The notes under the pieces: model-generated
The model's database searches: none
What the model saw: the letters and a program-made list of their open reading frames with translations, nothing else
Told to the model about the DNA's origin: nothing
Part shown: piece by piece, positions 35,723-49,421 of the stretch
How the letters are laid out: each line of letters begins with the position of its first letter
Position numbering within the stretch: position 1 is the stretch's first letter
From: Podarcis filfolensis
Taxonomy: Eukaryota
Length of the DNA: 64,000 bases
NCBI GenBank assembly: GCA_964270895.1
Contig: OZ185437.1
Direction: 5' to 3' (one strand)
Position numbers and translations under genes: made by a program

Positions 35723-36997
35723 CACATGTTCAAGAGGTTGCTACAGGAGGGGGCTATTGACCCTGACATCAGGCAGAGTTCTTCATATAGGTCAATTCCC
35801 TCTACCCCAAAACCCCCAAGCCCACCCCACACTGTTCAGGTTGTGCCCTCCTGGCCTTCTGGAGAGGCTTTCCATGGGGTGTAGAGGGGACTTTCCTTTC
35901 ACAAACTTCCTTAAATTAACTTATCTTAGGATATAAATTATTAACATAAATATTGATACTGTAGTAATAGTTTTGAAACTGAACCGCTTGGCCTTCCTAA
36001 ATCAGTGGAGTTATATTGCTTTAAAAATGTTAGATTCTCCCCACCAAAAACACGCTCAACTCTTTTAATTATAATCATTTTCACAGCTTATGCTGAAATA
36101 ATATGTAAAACTGGTTTTTAAAATTAAGAGACTTATGGCTATCTTACTTAGCATATGTCTTAGATAACAGTTTTTGTAATGAAAACTACAATGTCACAGT
36201 CTCTGATCTAATCTGCACAAGCACTTAACCTGCTCGCCCACAGTAAAATGTTGAACTGGGCAACTGGCATTTAATATTAGAAATACTGAACAGATAAAAA
36301 TATATGGACCATCAGTATCCCTTCTGATCTCCAACAACTGTATGTTTTCTCATTATATCAGCCCAAGAAAAATAACACATCCTCATTGTAGAAATAAGCA
36401 GATCAGGAATCTAGAGGGAATTTTAAAACTTCTCCTATTTTTCCACAACAGTTTGCCGTCCGATTTGACTTATTTCCACTTCAAAACACTAATACAATAT
36501 AAGTAAATATTAATAATTATAATGGGCATATACATAGAAAGTTGAATGCATGACACTCAAAGAAGATTATCATGGCTGTTTTAAACAACATACCTCTTTA
36601 TGTGTTGGGTATGTATTCAAAATTTGAAACTGAAAAACATTAGAATCTGTCTGTAAATTTCTTGTAAAATATCTATATCTATATCTAGTCACAGTCCTTC
36701 AGTAACATCAATACATTGATTAAAATATTGATTAATAAATGCCAGTTAAACTCCTCCTGCTTCTCTTCCCTAAAGCTAGAAAGCCATAGTAAATTGAATT
36801 TTCATTTGTTCATCTGGTATGTTGAGTTGTAAAAATGCACAACACTAAATGAAAAGGGAGCAACACAAAGCATTAAAAGCAAAAAACAGAAGATCTCTTG
36901 TACAAATGTGAGGCAGCTAGTTTGACCCATTACGGCCGTTTTGTTCATCTGAAATACTGCATCATCTCTCGCCCTGCAGGTTGACAGTTCAACTCAC

Positions 36998-37119
36998 CTG
37001 CCTTTCTTGTAGACTTCGTGAATTTCTTTCCCTTGCCAGTGAGCTCTGCATTCTGTGGACAAAACCCATGCCCAAAACAGCAAGAAAATGCTAAACTGCA
37101 TTTTATGAACAGTCAACAT
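36998..37119 (-). CDS. GABRR1: GABA-A receptor rho1, coding exon 1 (signal peptide), 122 nt
   Basis: Translates MLTVHKMQFSIFLLFWAWVLSTECRAHWQGKEIHEVYKKG+AG, homologous to the mammalian rho1 N-terminus. Donor CAG|GTGAGT. Confidence 0.93.
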
Positions 37120-38699
37120 GATATCCTCTGGTCTTATGTCCGGAAATAGTCCACAAAAGAAGAAGAAAACCAAAATGAAGATCCTTTTTCTCTTTTTAAG
37201 ACATTATCAGTCTGTTCATTATTGAAAGGATGTTTACTCATACGAAAAATCATCCCACAGTATTTAATCTGGACAGTGGGGAAAGCAATTTCCACTAAAC
37301 CTATAAATCCCTCTACGTCAGATGGCAGGGATTTTCAAACAGTGTAGAATTCATGGATCTGCACAGAACAATTATTCTTTTTCGCTTGAAACAGGCTATT
37401 GTACAAATTGGTTTAAAGTGAAGCATTTCAGGTATTTTAGAAAATGATATTTGTCATTCCCCTCTTGGAAAGCCAGGATTGTCCGGCTGTTCAGAGGCTG
37501 TCTAGCATAGCAGTTTAAACAGAAGGGAGGGTAACAGGAGCACCTGTTGAGATGTCTTTGTGTACCAGCACTGATTTTAACTAGCAGCCATTCTGAGGTG
37601 CATGATATACCATCACTTCATTTTTGCTGCTTTACTGTATGCGTGAAATATACTATTTTGATCTGGTAGCACTCCGTCCTTGTTGTGTCTGGAGATGCCA
37701 TTATTGATGTGCTTCAAGGAACGTGCAGGGCTTGAGACTTATGCTTTATTGCTGACTGTGTGCCAGGGTGCCTGGATATAGGAAGCATCCAATTATAAGG
37801 TGATAAAAGGTCTGCACAGAGTGAATTTCAAATCATCTCCAGAGCTGGATATTTATAAGCTAATCATAGCTTACTATTCTCATCTCAACAAAGTAGGAAA
37901 TCTAATAGGAAAAGAAAGTGATAAAGAGTTTTCACAGGCTCGGGTAGTATTGTTGCCAGTATTTGGCAGTTCATGAAAAGGGTATGGATGCTAACAAAGG
38001 ATTTAGAAAACTCAGCACTATTTGGGTGGGGATTCCCTCCCTGCTGTCAGTGCTGCCCATTCACTTGCCCCTCTCCATTTGAGCCCAGTCCATGCACTGT
38101 CCAGAGGTAACAGACATGGCAAGAAGATGGTGCTGCTGCATTTCCTTGTTCCTGCTGCTGCTCACTTTGTTAAAGGGGACAAGTGAACAGACAATAACAG
38201 TAAGGAGGAGCATCAGCAGAGCCAGCGGGATCCAGGGGTTGGGAGTGGGCCTCCTTCTGGGGTGTGAACCGTGGCCCATGCCCAACAATGCTGACCTCTG
38301 ATGCTAACCCCAAGATAGCTGCACCTGTTGTTCCTTTCCCAATAAGGCACAGAAAATTCCAAACCCCGGAGATGGAATATGCAGTGGAAGGGAGATCAGC
38401 ATCCCAAACCTTACTGGTTGCATTTGCCATGGTGGAAAGGGTGTTTGCAGCAACTCCAGACTGTCACAGTTGAAGGGCCCAGGTCAGTAGCAGCTTGCCT
38501 TCAAGGTGCCAGATTTTGGAAAGACTTTAAAGGGCCAACAATATCATATTAGTATTGCAAAGGCTGACACGTTGTGTTATCAGAGAAACTGAGCCCCAAA
38601 CATCACATTTTGCATGGTCTTACAAATACAAACAACTATGCAGCAATGTAATTTGACTTCATTACACACCTTCCCCCCCCCTTTTGTTGTTGCTGCTTG

Positions 38700-38897
38700 C
38701 ATTTATATCTTACCCTTTTCTCCAAGGAACCCAAGGTGGCATACATGGTTATTCCTTCTTCATTTAATCCCCACAACAACCCTGTAAGGTAGGTTCAGCT
38801 GAGAGGCAGTGACTGGCCCAAGGTTACCTAATGAGCTTCATAGTTGAGTGGGGATTTGAACCCTGGTCTTCCAGATCCTAGTCCAACACTCAAACCG
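38700..38897 (-). mobile_element. CORE/MIR-like SINE with an L2-type tail (Squam2-like)
   Basis: tRNA head (GGGTTCAAATCCCAC), TTGGGCCAGTCAC core, and tail shared with the 62332 copy. Confidence 0.75.
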
Positions 38898-39239
38898 AAC
38901 TGGTTTTCCACATGTCATTAACAAGAACAATTGCATTGCACCTCGACACAATATAATAAGATATGGAGTGTTTAGCCCTACCATCAGATAACAGATGACA
39001 GTTACCCAAGAGGCAGACAATGTTTCATCTATTTATTTCTGCTATTTATTTTTAAAAAAATTTAAAATCTAGGTATTTGTGCAACAGTTCAGTGGATCAG
39101 TCATCCATTTTCATGGTGGTTTCTGAATGAACACAACAGTCTGATTACTGATATCACTTCCAGTCTTTCACCTTGGCTTTGGTACCATAGTCTCAATTGG
39201 TGATATTGAATTTCCAGGTACTGCTGCTGCATCTGATGA

Positions 39240-39395
39240 TTGTTGCACCAATATGCAGATGACACCCAACTCTATCTCTGTTCCATCTGGACCAGGAGAG
39301 GCAATTGAGGTGATAGACTGGTACCCAGAGGCACTGATAGACTGGATGTAGGCCAATAAATTGAAGCTGAAAAGACAGAGGTGTCATGGGTCACA
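39240..39395 (+). mobile_element. Degenerate L2 RT fragment
   Basis: Translates to LHQYADDTQLYL...DWM*ANKLKL. Confidence 0.75.
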
Positions 39396-39689
39396 AGTTC
39401 TTGAGTTCTTGAGTCCAGGAAGTGGGGAAATGTCCTGCCCTGGGTGGGCTTGCACTTCCCTGTAAGGAGCAGGTCCACAGCCCCGGGGATGCTCAAGTGT
39501 TCAACCTTAACTGGAGCCTTGTGTGTGTATGTATGTGCATGTGATGTTTCAAATGGCTGGTGGAAAGTGATTCATAAATGAAATAAAAAAACATGATCGA
39601 AATGAATAAGATTATACATGATGTGGGTAAAGAGAAAAAGAGATTTTCTGCCACTCTTGACATAATACCAAAACTTATGGACATATGGT

Positions 39690-40165
39690 GAAGCTAAATG
39701 GGAGATTCAGTACAGATAAAAGAAAACACTTTTTCACAAAGTTCATAGTTAAACAATCGAATTTGCTCCAAAAAGAAATAATGGGACTTGAATGGTTTTT
39801 AAAGGGATTTATACAAATTCATGAAGGGAAAGACTGCTAGTTATGATGACATTGTTCTATCTCATGTTATAAAGTGTGTAGCCTGCAATTCTCACATGAA
39901 CTCTGGAGTGCTTCCAGGTTTCATGCCGAGTGTCAGGTTAGCCTGTGAGAAGTGCAGGCTTGTGTGCAAACTGCACACTTCTTAACACTCCACTGTTGGA
40001 GGCAATATACCTCTGAATACCAGTCTCTGTGAATTACAGATGGAGAGAGTGCTGTTGTGCTCAGGTCCTGTTTGCAGGCTTCCCATAGGCATCTGGTTGA
40101 CCAACAGGATGCTGGACTAGATGGGCCTATGGTCTGATCCGGGCAGGGCTCTTCTTATGTTCTCA
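39690..40165 (+). mobile_element. CR1-type 3' fragment interrupted by a 123-bp insertion
   Basis: RFSTDKRKHFF-like ORF end, and a 3' UTR ending GCTGGACTAGATGGGCC...CTTCTTATGTTCT. Insertion at 39865-39987. Confidence 0.75.
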
Positions 40166-40169
40166 TGAC

Positions 40170-40303
40170 AAGCTGGCTCACTCAGCAGAGCATGAAACTC
40201 AGGGTCGTGGCCTTGATCCCCACGTTGAGCAAAAAGATTCCCATATTGCAGGCGATTGGACGAAATGACCCTCATGGTCCCTTCCAACTTGACAATTCTA
40301 TGA
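40170..40303 (+). mobile_element. Short tRNA-derived SINE with a CR1-like 3' tail
   Basis: Degenerate A/B-box head followed by TTGGACGAAATGACCC...CCCTTCCAAC...ATTCTATGA. Confidence 0.6.
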
Positions 40304-41397
40304 GTCACTCCTTTGTTTTCTTTCTTGCATAGATTGTAAATTCCCTCAGCTTCTTTAGACATGTACTATATAGCTTTGTCCCCCACATGTTAGCAATTTG
40401 AAGAGCAGTTTAGTTATAAAAGAACTAATTAAGGTCTCAAGACAGACCTCATGCATGCAGGCAGGAAGAGAGAGAGGTACTCTGTGGGCATTGGCAGATT
40501 GAACCCCATTGGGGCCTAGATTTAATGAAAAGCGTGGAGAAGCCAGAGGACCATGTCATATGGATGTGGAGGGAGTATTCTCAGCTTCAGGATTTTATGC
40601 CAGGAAATGGGAGTGATAGTATTATTTTTAATATCTCACTTAGAGCAGTCAAATGTCCAAGGCTGGCTTTCTGCTGTTGTGTAGGAATGGAGGAATGGAA
40701 AAGCATCACAGGTTCAGATCACCAACCCAATATGCTGCAGCCTTCTGAACAAGCTGCAAGTGAGAGAGAAGCCCGGTAGTAAGCCCTCCTACGAGGGAAT
40801 TACAGTACATTGAGTCTCGTAATCTTAAAGGCATGCATGGCTGATGTGTACTTGGCATGGAATATTCCTCTCCCCATACAGCCATAACAGAAGGAGAAAG
40901 AAATCCAATGTCAAGTACCGTACTTCTTATACCATAAGAATCGCAACCAGATTATCATAAATTTCACAATGAAAATGCTTCTACTACCTGAAATGCTTCT
41001 ACTACCTACTACATCTATTTCAGCCCCACAGTACTAAGTCCCCAAGCTGGGTACCTCCTGAGAAAAAACCCCTCATAAGGCTCTATCTCCTTTCCCTGAA
41101 ATGGACAATATATTTTAACATGTCACTGTTGAGATAGTCCACATTTTACATAAGTTACTATTCTTCCATTTCTATGCTCCAGGAAAATTTAATTGGAATC
41201 AGCAGTCTCTATATTCATTCTATTTGTGCCTTATTACCTACGTCAGGGATGGGGAATCTCTTACTCTTCACAGGTTGCTTTTGGACACCTATTTGCATCA
41301 TCCCTGATGCACTGGCCATGCTAGATGGGGTGGATGGGAGTTGGAGTCCAACAATCTCCAGAGGGCCACAGATTCCCCACCTCTGTGAGATTGTTGG

Positions 41398-41551
41398 ACA
41401 GGAAAGAGTTTTATCACTGTACTACTGTATCAAACAAACAAACAAACAAACAAACAAACAAACTGTACTACTGTACAGTATTATTACAGGGATATATGTT
41501 TGTTTGGTTGTTTGTTTGATACAGTAGTACAGTGATAAAACTCTTTCCTGT
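41398..41551. repeat. Long inverted repeat with (CAAA)n
   Basis: 44-bp perfect arms at 41398-41441 and 41508-41551. Confidence 0.9.
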
Positions 41552-43739
41552 TATATTTTGCATCACTTCAGCTTCCTGGTTCTAATTAATCTAAGTTGCT
41601 GAGGGAGAAAAACGGCATTATCAGCTCCACATCTTGAGTGAAATGCCATGGGATGCTCAGGTGAAAAACGATACATACGGTATTTTTATAGCCCTAAAAA
41701 TAAATAAATTCAGTAAAACAACCAGCAGATGGCATTTTTGTAGAAAGAAAATGGTTGAGAGTCTTAACCTAGGATAAGAATATGAAGCAAGCTATCATTT
41801 TGAAAATGCTGTGGTATTGTCTCGTTCTGTACTCAACCTTAGCTCCCAGCCCTGGACAGAATAATATTATACGGACAAAAGCTTACAAGGTCAGGAACAA
41901 TCAAAGCGCTTGAAATGAGGGATGCTATAACAGAGTTGATTCATTTGTTGTCCCACATGGAAATACCTTCCACATCCCCAGCCTGTCTGATACAGTTTTA
42001 CCAGATTTGTGTGGTCATGGTTTTGGTTTGTTTGTTTTTTTTACTGCTGACATCTGTATCCTGACCTTCATTTAAAGCCGCCCCCCCCCCCCCCGTTATT
42101 GGGTGAGGGATGCCATAATGATATCTGCACAGCTGCAAGCAGATTCAAAACCATTGTTGGCTGTTTGAGGGGCTTTCCAGTGGTAAATGGGGATAGTCAG
42201 AGGCTACATTAAAATAGAGTGAAACCAGGGGTATCTCTCAATATATGAGTGGTTGGAGCAGTTTTCTTCTGTTATAATTCTCCTAGCAGTTATTATAGGA
42301 GAAAATAAAATGCCACAACACTCATGACCCCAGGTCTCCTGAAACCAGAGCAAAAATAAAAACACAGGCAGAATATAGTTCATGTGCATCTAAGCCTGTG
42401 TAAATCCCTAAATGGATTGTATACTGTATAAAGAAAGGGGAATAAGCAAGGCAGAATGCAGTCAAGAAGCAGAAATCTCAAATGCTGCTCCTGAAAATTG
42501 GCCACATGCCAACATGAGCTAATGCGGCCGGATGTTGCTCAGATCTGCTCTGTTTAAAAGAACAACAGAATTCAAACCAAGATACTTCATTTACATCTCC
42601 ACACAAAACACTGACAACATTGCCCTTGCACTGCAGCTGTTGCCCATCTTGCTTTTGTCACTGTAACCTTCTGCACCCTCACAAATATTTAGCTGGGTTT
42701 ATTTGCACCCTCACAAACAACAGCAGGCCCTCTGTTTTCTCCCTTATGTTCCTCCCTCACACTCCCCTCCCTTCCTCCTTTCCCTCTCAATTTCACTTTT
42801 GTCTCTCAACTCCCACAGACCCTGTTCTGCACCTCAATACCCAAACTCCCTTTTCTCTTCAGCCCTGTTTCATTCATTCTCTCCCTCCAATAAGGACCAC
42901 CCCTTCCAGAATGCCCCATCTCCCCCTTAAGATGCTGTCTCTATCATGCTACATTCCTTCTGTCTCTTACCAGCTCTTTCATTCTCACTCCCTTTCTAAA
43001 TCTCTCAGCTCCAGGCTGCTCTTTCTCACCAGCAGCTTTCCTTTTCATGCCATCTGTCAGTTCTTCAGTTTCTCCGTCTTCAGACTGTGCTAGGAACTCT
43101 CCACTTGGGCAATAGAGTCCAGGAATTACTCTCTGAAGGAACCTGGCAAGTGAATGTACGGTAACCGTACTGGCTAATACGAGTCCTTGCTGTGTTGGGA
43201 GATGTGTTCAAGGTATTATATGTGACACCCAAGGCTGTCATCAAGAGTGCCGTCAAATCTGAGCATTTGGAAGTCCCCCACCCCGCTTTTGAGTCTTCTC
43301 TGAATAAATTTTACTTCATGAGTCTAAGTTCTCAACTTCAGCCTCAGAAAGTGCTTCCTCTGATCATTCACATGGGAGAATGGTAAATTTAAGATTAAGA
43401 GATATGATAACAGGCCACTGATACAATATGGTACTTTTAATAAATTTGGGCTTATCCACACTTGCCTATTGTCTGCTCTTTCCATGCAGAGGTCCACGGT
43501 TAAATGTTCTGTGTCCAATCTAAAGCTGAATTGGAGCAAACATTAATTCAAGTTTTCTGCAGATTGTCATTAAAGTGCAAATTTTCATGGGGAAAGCTCC
43601 AGAGCAAAAAGAGAAGGACACAGAACTTTAAATTGCAGGATATGCTTGGAAAGAGCAGAGGAAAGTTAAGTGTGGGTATGCCCTTTACTGCAAAGTTAAA
43701 GAGTTAGTCATAGTCACTGAATACTGACAGTACTGTTTC

Positions 43740-44003
43740 TGTTATGTACTGAAATTTTCACCCTGGGCCAGCAGGGGTATACTGTAGATAGTTTTCACAC
43801 AGGTCCACATATGCAAATAAGGGATTGAAAGTGACGTTCAGTGATTGGATAGTTACAGAAAATGGTTACTGTTGTGTTGTAGTGGAGCTCTATATAAGCA
43901 GGCTGGCTGAACCCTTCAGTTCAGTTCTGTTCTGGCCTGTGAATAAATAAGAGCTGTTTGAAGAATCGCTGTGTCGTCTGATATGTTCACCCACAACTTA
44001 ACA
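43740..44003 (+). mobile_element. Solo LTR (264 bp), same family as the 9720 copy
   Basis: TG...CA ends, perfect 5-bp TSD GTTTC (43735-43739 and 44004-44008), with TATA box and poly(A) signal. Confidence 0.88.
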
Positions 44004-44329
44004 GTTTCTGTGTGGAAAGCGGACAGGGTAATTAAACGCTATGCAATAGAACAAAATATCATTATATTCCCCTCCCTCTCTCCCTCCCTTCCTCTCTCTC
44101 TCCCCTCTCACTTTTCCCCCATTTGCACAATGTCTATGACAATAGTGTCTCATACCAAATGTAAACAAACTATAAGACTCTATGAATTGAAAGTGGAGAC
44201 ACTATATGTACTTTTCATTGCTTATTTGTTTGTTTTGTTGTTTTGTAACACAATAATTTTTTTTACTAAAAACTGATTTAAAAAAAACTCAGGTAAAACA
44301 AGCTACTGTACTTAACCCTCTTGATATAG

Positions 44330-44700
44330 GATACACTTTGACCAGGCACCTGAAACTCAGCAGGGACAGTGCCTGCCTAACTTCTTGTGGAAGGGAGTTC
44401 CATAGAGTTTGGCCCACCCTTGTTGGCTTGCATTGTCCTTCTGGCCCATATAGAGCCACCAATAGGCCTCCCCCTAATGATCTCAGTGACCGACTTGCAG
44501 TTTACTGGGTAGGGTGGTCCTTAAGGTGTCCTGGGCCTAAGTTAGTCAAGGCTTTGTACAGTAGTATATGAACCTTGAACTTGGTCTGGGAGCAGATGGG
44601 AAACCAGTGCTGGTCTTTAAACACCAGTGTCATGTGTTGATGATGGTAGTCTGTACCCGTCACCAGTCTAGTTGCTTCATTCTGCACTCCAGGGTCCTCT
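44330..44700 (-). mobile_element. Degenerate L2 3' ORF fragment
   Basis: Translates to QNEATRLVTG...HWFPI...FKVHILLYKALTNLGPGHLK, matching the L2 C-terminal motif. Boundaries approximate. Confidence 0.75.
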
Positions 44701-47700
44701 AGGGTTTCAGAGAGGGAACATTCCTAGCCCTACTAGAAGCTGCCAGGGGATGGATCTGGGAGTTTCTGCATCACCTCACCTTAGACACTCTATAAATATT
44801 CACTCACAGCCAAAATTATCTTTCAGCTTCACTGATTTTCAGCATTCCTTGTCTGAATCTTCTTCTGCTGAACTTAGAATATTTGATTACTTTAAATAAT
44901 ATAACGGGGTTAGCCAGTTTCTGAGAGAAGGTTTGAAACCATAAGCAAGTGTACAGATATTGTAGGCTACATAATTCCTGCTCATCCTCAACATGTTTCT
45001 GTTAATCTAGATTGGTTCTAGATCCTGCCATCCACAGAGGTGGGTGTGGCTACTTGATGTGCATTTGAAAACTCTCCCCTTGATTAGGTTTTCCAGACTT
45101 TTTCTCCCTACACATGTCCCAGGTGAATGAAGAAGTGAGTGGAAATTGCAATCTTGGTATATGCTTCTCAGGTGTGTTTCCCCCCTCTCTCATTCTCTTT
45201 TCTTTTTTGCAATTTTAAATTCTTGAACTTTGAATGTTGTGCATTGTATGTTTTACTGTTGTAAGCCACTTTGAGACATACATGGTGGAAAATGGACTAT
45301 TTTAAAATTAATTAATTAAAATGCATAAAGTGAACCTCTGCCATAACTGAAGACAGTATTGAGCCAGTATCCTATATTCTAAATGGCACATAGAGTTCAA
45401 GAAAAAAAAGCACTGTCTGTCTCTAGCTGGAGAAGTAAGAGCCACAGCTACACTGCAGACTGATGAATGCAAAAGAAAGGTGAGTTTCAGTGACAAGCAA
45501 CTATGGTTGTGTACACATTACACAGCAAGGTTGTTCGTTTTGGATCAAAGCTGGTTTACAGGGGAAACAATTTCAAAACACAGTATTTCATAAGAAATGA
45601 TAGGAGAGAGATGGATTGTTGCAGATAATGTGTGTACACTGCTTCCCAAACCAACAGTGGGAGTGCACTGGACACAGAGTAAACAGAAGTGTGTGTACAG
45701 CCTGAGTGAGGTCCAAGCTTTGTAGTGGCATGGCTGCACACAGGAGAATTTGCTTTCTGAGCAGCCTCCAAATGGTCACATATCCTTGACATTTCACTGA
45801 CTGTTAATTTTCGCATTATATTTGACCTTCCACATAAAGGTAACATAAAAACCACTCCCAGAGAACTAATGTAATGTAATGCATGTTTAGCACTTATTTC
45901 CAAGTTATTTTATTCCAGAAAAAATGCTTTTGCAGCCCCCTTCACCTGGAAAACCATGATAGTAAATTGACGGAATTTGGGGAGATATACTGGCATACAA
46001 TTCTTTCCAGCTGTTTTCATGGGGGAGCAGAACCAGAAAGCTCGGGAGAGTAATGTTGCCTCAATGATGTTGGTTGCCTTGTGAATGAAATTTAGCATGA
46101 CATGCTGACATATTGGTCAAAAAGCCACAGTTCTATAGAGGTACTGGGAATATTAGAAAATGAGGCAGAAGCTCTAACACAATATTCCCCATGTCTGAAT
46201 GCACCCATAAAGCATGGACTACTTGTTGCTTGGAGTAACCTTCTTCTTTTAAAATTAAGTATGTCACTGATTGAATTAACATGCATGTGGTTTGTTTTTT
46301 TTAAATGTAAATAGCAGTTGAGGGATGTAGGAGGCAGTTTCCTGGACCTGAGAAGCTGAGGAGGGAGAGTTTAACCCTTTCATGCCATGGTCCCAATGAA
46401 AATCTGCCACAAGCACTGGGAGGGAGGTCTCCTTTAGCATCTAGGAAAGGAGCCTTTTCCAACCCCTATGAGAGTCTGCTGATCAAGCTTGTTTTCAAGC
46501 AGGTTGAAGAATCTTTCTGCTTGATCCTTGACTTCTAAGTTTAGTCTGTAAAGATTCACCATTATACTCCATATTGCTTGCAGAGCAGACATGGTCTCCT
46601 ACGATGCGTGAGGCAGAGCAGTGCTTTCCTGAACTGATGATTCAGCAGAAGGTGGACAACTCAGCAATGTCTGAGAGATTTTTTAATCTTCGGAGGGAGA
46701 GGAGGTGGAGGGAGAGAGAGACGATATTAAAAATAGAAAGATCAGAAAAGGGAATGCAACTGCCAGATGTCGATAAGAAAGGGATTGCTGCTGCACAACT
46801 GTAACATGGGAGGTGATTCGTGCTATAGGAAAGGCAGCATTCATATTCTGCATGATTTCATCTGTTCTTATTTTCTCCTGCCAAAGAAGGTCAGGCTGAG
46901 GATCTGTGAACCTGCTTGGGTTCACTGTACAATGATCAGATTTTGCTAGCAGAGATAATTCGGAATGATAGCTTAATTTTCTTATGGAAAAATGTGCTCT
47001 GTGTGTGTTTCTGTGTGTGTGTCTGTGTCTGCGTCAGAATAGTCAGGAAATAAGAAGAGGGGGAAAGTAGGTTGCTGGGATAGCCAACAGCCCACAAAGG
47101 CAGTGGTTTTAACATAACCTGACCTCTCTGAGGAAATTCTAATAAACTGGCAATAAACCCTGGGAATAGAAGAAACATGGCCTTCAGGCAAAGCTGCCTG
47201 AAGAAGAAGCAGACCTGAGCAGCTGGCCATCTTTCAGACCAATGGTGTGCCTTGCATTGCAGCCTTTGCTAGGGGGGAATTGTTCATTTCATGCTCCATG
47301 GAATCCCCAACACAAGTTGTTAATTCCATCTTGGAGATGAACTAAGAGGACCCTGGGGCAGCCCAAGGCAATTGCTTCTGTAGTGATGAGCAGGGCAGAA
47401 TTCTAACTGCAGAGGCCATATACAAGGCAGGAATTAAAGAGAAGATCAAAGAGGAAATACTGCTTAGACTGTGTTCTATTTCATCAGTAGCTGAAAATGT
47501 TGGCAAGCAACTGTTTATGGAAAGGATGAACCTATAAAATGATGCTGTACTGTGACAATAACTATTGAAAGTAATCAATAGTCTCCAGTGGTTTAGAACT
47601 AAACGCCTAAAACCTATAGCTCCAGCTGTGGAGAGGCAGATTTGGTCTGTCCTATGCCCCCGGAGATGCCCTCCCAGAGGCCATATCGGATTTTAGTTTT

Positions 47701-49350
47701 AAAAATTCAGACTGGGGGAGGGGAAATCTTTTGAGTCGCTTACTCCCCCCCCCTCCCAACTATGCAGGGTTATGAAAGGTGGGAGAAGAAATGAACTCTT
47801 GAGCCTTGCTAGAAGATATTAAATGCATATCTAACAGAAGCGGGCTGTTTTAGTCTGGTGAAAAAATATGTGTGTATTTATTCCCCCCTGGTGGAGCAAA
47901 TGTAAAACTGCAAATTCTATCCCCCAAATTATTTTAAAATATTCCTGTGCTGTGACAGTGGCATGCAAAAATGATTTAAACTTGAGGGAGGGGAGGGGAA
48001 GCATAAAGCAGATTAATAATTATTTTTAGAGACTTTGGGCTAGATTCAAACTTAGCTGGCTGCTCCTAATTACCATTGCACTCACTGAAATTTAAGCCAT
48101 CCCCAAAGTCCCTTTGATTTCAATGGGACCTAAGTTTTATTAATGACACAATCCTATACATTTCTAGTGAGGCATAAGAATGAGTGGATTTGTCCATTTC
48201 AGTTTTTATCTGTTTCTCATTTTTCTAATCTTAAATTTGGTTTTCAACATTTCCACATTATTTTTTAAATAACCCTCATGAAAATGCACCAGCATTTTAG
48301 TGCAACTTCCCTTAACATATACACATCTTTGCAAAGCAGTTTCCCCATATATAATGCATTTTGGCACGCTGTCTTCACTAACACATGGATTTTTTTATGC
48401 ACATTTGCAGATTTTGAAGGATGGCTATGTTTTGGTGCACATATTATTTTAGAAAGAGTGAATTCAGCTTTAAATGTGAGCTGAACCAAATCCCTCCATC
48501 CCTATACAGCAGTTATAAGTGCCATAGGATTCCTTCACAGAGGGGGATTCTATGGCAAAGTCTCCTGGGATGAGATGCATGGGATACACTAGATCTCTAA
48601 TTCAGTCAGGCTCAACTAGTTTTAAGTCCCCAACCCCTGCTCAGTCAAAGATACACTTCCATAACTTACTCATCCTGATTCAACCAGGACTTGCTGAGCC
48701 AAGGCCGATGTAAATCCCCCAAAGTGGGTGCTCTGGGGACATGGCTGGAGCAGAACCAAAGAGGGGGATCCTAAACTCTGGCAGTTTGGTCACGTAACCT
48801 GGCAACCCAACATAAAATGCTATTTTAATGGTTTGCCACAGTTAAACAGAGTTTGGATCTGGTATAACTTTGTGCCAGCTTAAATTGCAGCAGCTTGTTT
48901 TATGCCAGCTTCTGGTCCATAGGATTGCTCCCTTAGTCTAGAAGAACTAACACATTATATTTGCACACACAGTTTTCCTTTCTTTATGCCTCATATTTCC
49001 TTGTCAAAAAGAGAGAGAGAGGATTGTGGCCATAAGAAAGATACTTTTACTGGGGAGAACAAGTAGGCAGGGAAGCTGTTGTGAGTTTGGAAGAAAAAAA
49101 GATGAGCCAAAAAATGAAGGAATTGGGGAGAGTTAAGCAAAATAAGGAAGTGGAGATTAGTAGGAGATGATAGATGGTATAGAGGGCATTGACAGGGCCT
49201 CCTTCTATATGCTCTATTAATTTTCTTCAGCAACTTGTGTGATGCTGACTTAAAAGCCTTGTGGCTGTTTGTTCTTCAGGCTAAATATATTTGACTCACA
49301 TTTGATTGTCAAATTTACCACATATTATCAAACATACCACAGCAGCTGCA

Positions 49351-49421
49351 GTGTGTGTGTGAGAGAGAGAGAGAGAGAGGGAGGGAGGGAGGGAGGGAGA
49401 GAGAGGGAGGGCGGGAGAGAG
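49351..49421. repeat. Compound (GT)n(GA)n(GAGG)n tract
   Basis: Direct reading. Includes GGGAGGGAGGGAGGGAGGG, which has G4 potential. Confidence 0.85.

Noticed and set aside
37120-38000. GABRR1 core promoter and CRX-like TAATC motifs
   Set aside because: The TSS cannot be placed from sequence, and 5-6-bp motifs occur at chance frequency in AT-rich DNA.
42620-43093. 157-aa plus-strand ORF
   Set aside because: It is a pyrimidine-rich low-complexity tract giving S/L/P/F-biased translation, with no splice or homology support.
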